DNA of 64,000 bases. It comes from an uncultured virus (IMG/VR IMGVR_UViG_3300037493_005394). Its lineage: Duplodnaviria; Heunggongvirae; Uroviricota; Caudoviricetes. The stretch lies in the IMG/VR virus record IMGVR_UViG_3300037493_005394; one strand, 5' to 3'. This document shows, in pieces, positions 48,131 through 55,427 of this stretch. Every line of letters begins with the position of its first letter. The stretch's first letter is position 1. The notes under the pieces are model-generated. The model searched no databases. It was not told the origin of the DNA and saw only the letters and a list, made by a program, of their open reading frames with translations. A program made the translations under genes and the position numbers.

Positions 48131-50009
48131 GTCCGACGCGGTATCGGTTGAGCTTCCAGACGGAGGATGTCTCCAGCGGGTGGATCCAGGCGGTGGCGCA
48201 GGAGTGCGTGGTGCGCATCCAGCGGGAGGTGCCCCGTTATGGGTATGCACGGGGTGGCGTGACGACGGACCATCTGCCCCTCGAGATGGTGGCCGATCAC
48301 GTGGCGCGGCACGGGATGCAGGCGGCCGAGTTGGTGTTCGGCGGGATCATCCGGCGGGAGGAGGCGTTCCTCGATTGGGTGAATCGTCATTTCCGGGCGC
48401 CGCCAGCATGCGGCGCGTTGGTGGTCGCCCAGTTCAACGACCCTGAGGCCTTGGGGGGCTGGGAGGGGTGGCGGGGCTGGGCGCGCTATGACCATGCGGT
48501 GGCGATGACCAAGGCGACGGTGACGGGCTTGGAGATCGAGGAGTGCCCCGAGATGCGCGTCCATGTGATGCGGCTTACGGTGTCCGCCCTCGATCTGCAC
48601 CGCTCGGCGTACCCCTCGCCGATCGTGCCGCCGCCGGACCTGCTGCCAGGGACCATTTGGTATCCGTACAGCCCATTGCAGATCTCGTCGGCGTGGCCGA
48701 CGGAGGAGGCCCTTTGACCTATGATGAGGCGATCGCGTGGATGCGGGTGCATGGGCGGGCCATCGAGGATCAAGCCCTGGCGGGGGATCCGGGGGCGCGG
48801 CCGGTGTCGTACCGCTTCACGGAGCTGTTGATGGATCCCCACAGTGTGACGGCACAGCAGCGGTTGATCGCCGCGATCTTGACCTATCAGGCTGCCAAGG
48901 GGATGGGGGAGGGGCCGGTAGCGGTTCCCGCTGCGATCTTCACGGTGACGCCCTTGCCCACGGCGGCGGGGGTGGGACAGCGGGCGATCGATGCCATCAC
49001 CAGCGAGGAGGACCAGCGGGCGCTGGCCTTGTGCGGCGTGGGGGATCCGTCGCAGGGGGGCCGCGATGCATGAGGCGATCAAGGGGCGTGTGGAGGCGGC
49101 CCTGCGGTGGGAGTGCCCGGACTGCGGGGGCGCCCTGGCGTGGGCCCCCGCGATGCAGTGGCATCCCTGCTATGCCCCGGAGCACCGGGCGCGGTTCTGC
49201 GGGGGACAGGGGTGTTTTTTCGTGGCGGATCTCTGGGAGCGCGTGGGGGAACCCCCGCGGACGGCGTATGCGGAGTGGTACATTGAGCGCCATGGCACCA
49301 CGGGCGAGATGGCGTTCTGCATTGGGACGCGCCCCGCGGACCGCGTGGCGCCCACGGAGGCCTAGTCATGACAATTGCGGATGACATGCAGAAGGCGGTG
49401 GACGCGGCGGCGGAGACCGTGGTGGGGGCGGGCCCCGCGAGCCAGGCCCCGGCGGCGCGGACGAAGCGCGCGTGGCTCCTCCTCGTGGGCAAGGCGCTGC
49501 TGCTGCTCGCGGCCCTGGTGCCGGGCAACCTCGCGTTCATGAGCGGGGCGGACGCCAAGGCGGACGTGGCGGATGCGAAGGCCGAGACGGCGTATGCGGT
49601 GCTCCGGGAGCGCGTGACCTACGTGGATGGGCAGCTTGCCGAGTTGCGATCGGACCTCGCGGACGTGCGCGACCTCCTCAAGCTCGTGGTGGCGCAGCGG
49701 GAGGCCCGTGCGGCGGCGGCGAGTCCTGCCCTGACGGCCCCGCCGATCGACCGGCCGGGGTATGTGGGGGGGCGCCCCGCGGCGACGAGCACGGCGCCCC
49801 TGCCGGGATCCCTCGGGGAGGATCCCGAGGTCGAGGCGCTGAGCGATGCGGCGAACATCGCGGATCTCGCGCGGATCATGGACACGGCGGGGACAGAGCC
49901 GTGGGGGCTCAAGACGCGGGCGGTTGAGGCGCCGCCCGCGCCCCTGCCCTCGTTGGACCAGGCGGTTCAAGTGCGGGCGCAGGCGAAGGCCCTGGAGAGG
50001 CAACATTGA
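48127..50009 (+). other. four closely spaced hypothetical ORFs (48127..48717, 48714..49073, 49066..49365, 49368..50009)
   Basis: Overlapping or adjacent stop/start junctions; the last ORF has a TM segment and coiled coil. Confidence 0.5.
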
Positions 50010-50030
50010 CGCGGCGGGCGTCTTGGCGCG

Positions 50031-50189
50031 TTACAGGTGGAGATGTTTCAAGTTGCCGGTGAGGAACAGGATCAACAGAATCAGCAGGATGACGCCAACG
50101 GGGGACCAGCCGACGGTACTGTTGTTCCAGGCGCCGCCAAAGAAGGCGAGGACGAGCAGGATGATCAGGATGATGACGAGTGTTGACAT
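50031..50189 (-). CDS. small two-TM membrane protein, DUF3309-like
   Basis: GGAGG RBS on the minus strand; MSTLVIILIILLVLAFFGG..GWSPVGVILLILLILFLTG. Confidence 0.7.
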   Translation of the reverse strand: MSTLVIILIILLVLAFFGGAWNNSTVGWSPVGVILLILLILFLTGNLKHLHL

Positions 50190-50270
50190 GGCTGGCCCTC
50201 CCTGGGTGTTGTGGGGAGTGTATGGCATGCGGGGGGCGTATAGCTACGATCTCAAGGGGATGAACGACCG

Positions 50271-50723
50271 ATGAGTCGGCCGAAGAAGGCGAAGCGGGGG
50301 CCCACGGCGGCGGAGCGGGTGGCGGCGCAGGCGCGGGGGGTCTCCCTGGAGGCGCCGGTCTCCCCCCTGGTGCGGGGGACGCGGTACCTCGCGGTGGCGG
50401 GGGATCAACCCTTGGTTGTGGTCCAGGCGGCGCATCGGGCGGTGGCCGAGGCGGTGGTGGCGCGGATGCGGGCGCCGGCGCACGCGGCGGGGCATCCCGC
50501 GTGCGTGGTGATGCCGGTCAGCAAGGCGTCGGCGGCCCTCCGATCGGCGATGGCGGCGGCGTTGTGTTACGCGTGGCACCCCGCGGCGTGCCCCGCGTGT
50601 CTGCGGGTGTGGCGCAGCCCCGCGTGGGCGCTCGATACGTGCCCCACGTGCCTCGGCTTGACGGGCGTTGAGGGCTTCTGTGGGGGTGAGGATGCCGACG
50701 AGGGCGCGCGGAGGGTGCCATGA
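50271..50723 (+). CDS. hypothetical protein with Zn ribbon
   Basis: CPAC and CPTC; ATGA overlap with the MTase. Confidence 0.55.
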   Translation: MSRPKKAKRGPTAAERVAAQARGVSLEAPVSPLVRGTRYLAVAGDQPLVVVQAAHRAVAEAVVARMRAPAHAAGHPACVVMPVSKASAALRSAMAAALCYAWHPAACPACLRVWRSPAWALDTCPTCLGLTGVEGFCGGEDADEGARRVP

Positions 50724-52672
50724 CGCGGCGCGGGCAGGACACGCAGCTGCCCCTGCTCGGGGTGGGGGCCCCCGTGCGCCTGATCCACGGGGACAGCCTC
50801 GCGGTGCTGCCCCTGTTGGCGGCGGACAGCGTGGATGCGATCGTGACGGACCCGCCGTATGAATTATCGAACAGCGGCAAGGCAAGTGCCAGTCGGGTCG
50901 CGCTTGAACTCATGTTCCCAAAGAATGCGAAGGTCAATACCGATGGATCGAGCGAGGATCATCTTCCGTTCCTCGTATCGAAGATTATTGGCTTGCGTCG
51001 TGGTGGGTTTATCCCACAACCAGCGGCCACCGTGCCAGTACGTTCCGTGACACTCCACGACGATGCGGCGGGAGGGGATGTAAATGTCGAACACTGCGTA
51101 GAACGATCCATTTGGGAGTCGAACGGCGAGGGATGGAATGATGGTGAAGCCGAAGCGAATGAACACCTTGGCGACTTCGCGCTCGAATTGACTGACTCCA
51201 TGGCCATGTTGAATGCGCTGAATAGCTTGGGCTGCGGCTTTTTTGCGGGCGGAATCGGGATAGGGTTTGGGATTGATCCGACGAGTCTCCCAAGCCTTTG
51301 CTGCGGCGGCCTGTCGATCAACGACAGCGACGAAATTGTACGGTTTCGACACCGTGCGTTGACGGACACGATAAGCGCACTCTCTGGAACAGCAAGTATT
51401 CCCGTGGTGCGCTTTGATTTGGGACGGGTAACGGGTGAAAAGCTTGCCGCAGACGGGGCACTCGTGTTCTGTGCGTCTTTGCTTTTCGGTGGCGCGAAGT
51501 TGGTACGAACAAGCCCGAGAGCAGGTGGTCTGCCGTCCATGCTTGAGTCGCGTAGGATCTGCATCGTAGATGCGTTCACAAATCGGGCATTGTCGTTTAG
51601 CATCCTCTTCCATCCACAGAATATAGCACAAAATGGATTTATGGGAAAAGAGTGGGACGGATCAAGGGTTGCCTATGACGCGTCACTCTGGGCTAATTGT
51701 CTGCGGGTGCTCAAGCCGGGGGGGCACCTGATCGCGTTCGGCGGGGATCGCACGCATCATCGGCTCATGGTCGCGGTGGAGGATGCGGGGTTCGAGATCA
51801 GGACGTGCTTGTACTGGTGTTTTGGGTCTGGATTTCCGAAATCGTTAGATATTTCAAAGGCACTGGACAGAATGGAAGGCGCGGAGCGCGAAGTTGTTGG
51901 CATATCTTCTGTTACTGAATCTCGTCATTCAGAGTTTGCAGAGGTGAGAAATGATAGTCCGAGTGGGGTATATGGAGACAAGTCTATCAATTACATAACT
52001 GCTCCATCGACAGAGGCGGCCAGGCAGTGGGATGGTTGGGGGACCGCGTTGAAACCGGCGATAGAGATCGCGGTATTGGTGCGCAAGCCCCTGAGCGAGG
52101 GCACGGTGGCTAAAAATGTGCTGCGACACGGGACGGGGGGCCTAAATATCGACGCCTGCCGCGTGCCCACGGCGTCCGCGGATGCGGCGGCGCGGCCCCT
52201 GGACACGATGAAGGGCCGCTGGCCGGCTAATGTGGTGCACGATGGGAGCGAGGAGGTCGAGGCGGCCTTTGCGGCTTACGGGGCGCGCGGGCAGTGCGCG
52301 CCGGTTAAGGGGACGGAGCCGAGTGCGCCTAGCAAGCATGTGTATGGCACGTACAAAAGGACGGTAGCGACACAGTTTCAAGGGCGGGTGGACAGCGCGG
52401 CCCGGTTTTTTTACACGGCCAAGGCGAGTGGGGAGGACCGCGAGTTTGGAAATAATCACGTAACGGTCAAGCCCCTGGCGCTCATGCGCTGGTTGGTCCG
52501 GCTCGTGACGCGCCCTGGCGGCGTAGTGCTCGATCCTTTTATGGGCAGCGGCTCGACGGGGCGCGCGTGCCAGGCTGAGGGGTTTAGGTTTATTGGGATC
52601 GAGCGCGAGGCGGACTATGTGGCGATCGCGCAGCGGCGCCTGCTCGCGCAGGAGGTCGAGGTTTTGTCATGA
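50720..52672 (+). CDS. N6-adenine/N4-cytosine DNA methyltransferase (beta-type order) interrupted by a 256-codon in-frame insertion
   Basis: Motif IV VTDPPY, RVLKPGG, HVTVKP, motif I VLDPFMGSGSTG; DPPYEL|GFMGKEWD is split by 50867..51634. Confidence 0.9.
   Translation: MTRRGQDTQLPLLGVGAPVRLIHGDSLAVLPLLAADSVDAIVTDPPYELSNSGKASASRVALELMFPKNAKVNTDGSSEDHLPFLVSKIIGLRRGGFIPQPAATVPVRSVTLHDDAAGGDVNVEHCVERSIWESNGEGWNDGEAEANEHLGDFALELTDSMAMLNALNSLGCGFFAGGIGIGFGIDPTSLPSLCCGGLSINDSDEIVRFRHRALTDTISALSGTASIPVVRFDLGRVTGEKLAADGALVFCASLLFGGAKLVRTSPRAGGLPSMLESRRICIVDAFTNRALSFSILFHPQNIAQNGFMGKEWDGSRVAYDASLWANCLRVLKPGGHLIAFGGDRTHHRLMVAVEDAGFEIRTCLYWCFGSGFPKSLDISKALDRMEGAEREVVGISSVTESRHSEFAEVRNDSPSGVYGDKSINYITAPSTEAARQWDGWGTALKPAIEIAVLVRKPLSEGTVAKNVLRHGTGGLNIDACRVPTASADAAARPLDTMKGRWPANVVHDGSEEVEAAFAAYGARGQCAPVKGTEPSAPSKHVYGTYKRTVATQFQGRVDSAARFFYTAKASGEDREFGNNHVTVKPLALMRWLVRLVTRPGGVVLDPFMGSGSTGRACQAEGFRFIGIEREADYVAIAQRRLLAQEVEVLS
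50864..51613 (-). CDS. putative homing endonuclease (2 Zn fingers plus Vsr/DUF559-like nuclease) antisense within the MTase insertion
   Basis: CPIC..CSRAC and CPVC..CSREC; FDIYIPSRRIVVECHGTYWHG and LRILWEHEF. Alternative TTG start at 51631. Confidence 0.85.
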   Translation of the reverse strand: MEEDAKRQCPICERIYDADPTRLKHGRQTTCSRACSYQLRATEKQRRTEHECPVCGKLFTRYPSQIKAHHGNTCCSRECAYRVRQRTVSKPYNFVAVVDRQAAAAKAWETRRINPKPYPDSARKKAAAQAIQRIQHGHGVSQFEREVAKVFIRFGFTIIPSLAVRLPNGSFYAVFDIYIPSRRIVVECHGTYWHGGRWLWDKPTTTQANNLRYEERKMILARSIGIDLRILWEHEFKRDPTGTCLAAVR

Positions 52673-52884
52673 CGGAGGTGCGCGAGGCGCGGGTCTACCG
52701 CCTCTCCCGGCAGGAGGCCGTGGAGCTGCTGACGGATGGCCTCAAGGCGCGTGGCATAGCGGTGCCCCCCTATGACTGGGCGCGGCTGGACCTCGACACG
52801 CCCAACAATACGATTCAACTCACGATCGTGGCGGTGCCGCCGGGGACCGTGGTAACGTCGACCCCGGCGATCAGGCTCAACTGA
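52669..52884 (+). CDS. small hypothetical protein
   Basis: ATGA overlap with the MTase stop. Confidence 0.55.
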   Translation: MTEVREARVYRLSRQEAVELLTDGLKARGIAVPPYDWARLDLDTPNNTIQLTIVAVPPGTVVTSTPAIRLN

Positions 52885-52908
52885 CGCTGCGTATGCGCGT
52901 ACGCAAGG

Positions 52909-54181
52909 AGCGAGGGACTCTGGTGTTTAATCAATGCTTGAATGTGAGTCATGATTCACATTTTGCCCATGTCAGGTCAAAGTCGTGAACCGCACGCATA
53001 AAATCGCGTTGGATCCCACATCTAGCCAGGTCGGCTATTTTCGGCGGGCCTGTGGCGTGGCGCGGTTTACGTACAACTGGGGGCTAGCCGAGTGGCAGCG
53101 CCAATATGCCGAGGGGCAGAAACCCAGCGGGGCAGCGCTCAAGAAGCAGTTCAACGCCCTGCGCCATGTGGATTTTCCGTGGTCTGGCGAGGTGCTGCGC
53201 GACGCGACGGCCCAGCCGTTTGCAAACCTGCAGCGGGCCTATCAGAACTTCTTCGCGAAGCGGGGCAAGCATCCTACCTTTAAAAAGAAGGGCCGCCATG
53301 ACAGCTTTTACATTGCGAACGACAAGTTTTCGGTAGAGGGCGAGAAGATCCGTATCCCCCATGTTGGGTGGGTGCAGATGCGTGAAGCCTTGCGGTTTGA
53401 AGGCCGGATTCAATCGGCGGTAGTGTCCCGAACAGCGCATCGGTGGTTTGTGGCGATAGCGGTCGAGGTGCCCGATCAACTCATCACGCGCGAGAACCAA
53501 GCGGTGGTGGGGGTGGATCTGGGGATTAAGGCGCTGGCGACGCTTTCCACGGGTGAGTCGATTTTGGCACCAAAACCGTTGAAGGCCTCATTGGAAAAGC
53601 TGCGCCGGTTAAGTCGGAGCGTGGCGCGCAAACAGAAGGGATCGGCGAACCGGGCCAAGGCTGTAAGGCGCTTGGTGCGGGTTCATTACCGGATTGCCTG
53701 TGTGCGCAACGATGCCTTGCACAAGCTCACAACGGGGCTTGTGGAGCGGTTTGGAACCGTGGTGATCGAGGATTTGAACGTCAAAGGGATGGTGAAAAAC
53801 CACTGCCTGGCCAGGGCGATTTCCGACCTTGGGTTTGGGGAGTTCCGGCGACAACTGGAGTACAAAGCCCCCGCAAAAGGCGTGAGGATCGTGGTGGCGG
53901 ATCGGTGGTTTCCGTCCTCGAAGACGTGTGCAGACTGTGGATTTGTGGTGGATATTCTGCCGCTGTCGGTTCGAGAATGGGCGTGTCCCGAATGTGGGGT
54001 AGTCCATGACCGGGACGTGAATGCGGCGATCAATCTGGAAAAGCTAGGGCGGGCTACGCCCGAAGAAACGCCTGTGGAGAAGAAGGCTCTGGCGCGGCCG
54101 AAATGGCGCGTGAAACCGGCCTCGCGGAAGCAGGAACCAACCGGTGCGCACCTTTGCGCACCAGAAAGATAGCAGCGAGGG
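52909..54181 (+). mobile_element. transposase-less IS607-type tnpB element 2, flanked by direct repeat AGCGAGGG
   Basis: Repeat at 52909-52916 and 54174-54181; inverted repeat at 52941-52962; right end ...GATAGCAG. Confidence 0.75.
52985..54172 (+). CDS. tnpB: RNA-guided endonuclease TnpB, paralog of 24594..25784
   Basis: VGVDLG, VIEDL, CADC/CPEC and HDRDVNAA all intact. Confidence 0.95.
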   Translation: MNRTHKIALDPTSSQVGYFRRACGVARFTYNWGLAEWQRQYAEGQKPSGAALKKQFNALRHVDFPWSGEVLRDATAQPFANLQRAYQNFFAKRGKHPTFKKKGRHDSFYIANDKFSVEGEKIRIPHVGWVQMREALRFEGRIQSAVVSRTAHRWFVAIAVEVPDQLITRENQAVVGVDLGIKALATLSTGESILAPKPLKASLEKLRRLSRSVARKQKGSANRAKAVRRLVRVHYRIACVRNDALHKLTTGLVERFGTVVIEDLNVKGMVKNHCLARAISDLGFGEFRRQLEYKAPAKGVRIVVADRWFPSSKTCADCGFVVDILPLSVREWACPECGVVHDRDVNAAINLEKLGRATPEETPVEKKALARPKWRVKPASRKQEPTGAHLCAPER

Positions 54182-54195
54182 CCATGAAGGACGAT
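54044..54195 (+). ncRNA. predicted omegaRNA of tnpB element 2 (guide ~54176-54195)
   Basis: GGGCG/CGCCC stem, GTGAAAC, GAAGCAGGAA and GGTGCGCA/TGCGCACC hairpin. Confidence 0.65.
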
Positions 54196-54546
54196 GATCA
54201 GTACATCTCTAAGCGGTGGATCTTGGTCATGGTGGGCATTTTCTTTGGGGCGGGGATCGGCATTGGCATGCTGGTGATGGCGCTGGTGGGGGCGCTGACG
54301 GGGTGCGACCTCGTGAAGAAGGATACGGATGGGTGCGCGCCCGAGGCCCTGCGGTGTGCGGGGCCGCGCCTGGAGGTCTGCGACGCGGACCGCAACTGGG
54401 GCCTCGTCGCGGACTGCGCGACCGTGACGCCGGGCCTGTGGGTGTGCTGCCCCGCGCAGGAGACCTGCGTGCCGGCCGCGGCGTGCGGCGGGGATGCGGG
54501 CGACCATTTTGCTGATGCCGGCAAGATGGTCGACGCGGGCCCATGA
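54184..54546 (+). CDS. Cys-rich putative lipoprotein
   Basis: Hydrophobic segment, LTGC lipobox, eight further Cys, DAG-repeat tail. Confidence 0.65.
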   Translation: MKDDDQYISKRWILVMVGIFFGAGIGIGMLVMALVGALTGCDLVKKDTDGCAPEALRCAGPRLEVCDADRNWGLVADCATVTPGLWVCCPAQETCVPAAACGGDAGDHFADAGKMVDAGP

Positions 54547-54663
54547 AGAAGGATGAGCGCGAGTACCAGGCCAACTTCGAGCGACGCCTGCGGGCACGGG
54601 TGACGGGCGAGGTGGAGGAGTGGCGGATGGAATCTCTCTGGACGGGGGAAGTAAGGAGTCATT

Positions 54664-55314
54664 GTGACGATGAGCCCAACGACTAAGCACCATGCGCTGA
54701 CCCCGGCCCTGGTGATCGATCTTTACGGGTACATGAGCGAGGTCTACCACAGCCGGGTGGTACCCAAGGGCGGATCGCACGCGATGAAGGCGGCGGGATG
54801 GGCGCTCGACCTCATGGGGGTCCAGGATGCGTCGACCTTCATGACGCGGTACACGACGACGATCGGGCACACCATCTACGTGCCGTATGTCGTGGGGGAG
54901 ACGCAGGATCCCGCGGTGTTGGCCAAGCAGATCGCGACGTGCGTCCATGAGCACCAGCACGTGGAGCAGTACGACGTGGGGGGCTGGCGCTGGCAGTGGG
55001 CGTACCTGACCGACCCCACGGCGCGGGCGCGCTACGAGGCGGAGGCCTATGCGACGAACCTAGAGATGGCCTATTGGTACGATGGGGGGCGCCTCGACCC
55101 GGTGGCCCTTGCGGCCAAGCTCAAGGCCTATGGGTGCGGGACCGCGGACATCGCGGTGGCGGCGCGGATGCTGGCGGCCTCCGCGAGCATTGCGTGGCGC
55201 GGGGGGATCGCGCACACCCCGAGCCGGCGCGCCATTGCGTGGCTGGAGACCCATGCCCCCACGGTGCGCCTCAGCGCTGCGGCCTGGGAGCCCATCGGTT
55301 ACAACCCTCTCTGA
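54664..55314 (+). CDS. putative zincin-type metallopeptidase
   Basis: AAGGAG RBS; CVHEHQHVEQ (HExxH) plus YEAEAY. Confidence 0.65.
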   Translation: MTMSPTTKHHALTPALVIDLYGYMSEVYHSRVVPKGGSHAMKAAGWALDLMGVQDASTFMTRYTTTIGHTIYVPYVVGETQDPAVLAKQIATCVHEHQHVEQYDVGGWRWQWAYLTDPTARARYEAEAYATNLEMAYWYDGGRLDPVALAAKLKAYGCGTADIAVAARMLAASASIAWRGGIAHTPSRRAIAWLETHAPTVRLSAAAWEPIGYNPL

Positions 55315-55345
55315 GGCCCCCCCCCACACCCCCGTCGATCTGTTG

Positions 55346-55374
55346 TTGACAAACCCGGTTGGCGGCGTTACGTT
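55346..55374 (+). promoter_or_regulatory. sigma70-like promoter, TTGACAAACC family
   Basis: TTGACA-N17-TACGTT; relatives at 57837-57865 and 62791-62819. Confidence 0.65.
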
Positions 55375-55427
55375 TTCAATGGGCATGGTCCCATCAACAA
55401 ACCGGCGCCTGGCGCCAGGAGGCCTCA

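Noticed and set aside
50867..51634. Canonical intein
   Set aside because: The +1 residue is Gly rather than Cys/Ser/Thr, there is no penultimate His or visible Hint block, and the nuclease is on the opposite strand.
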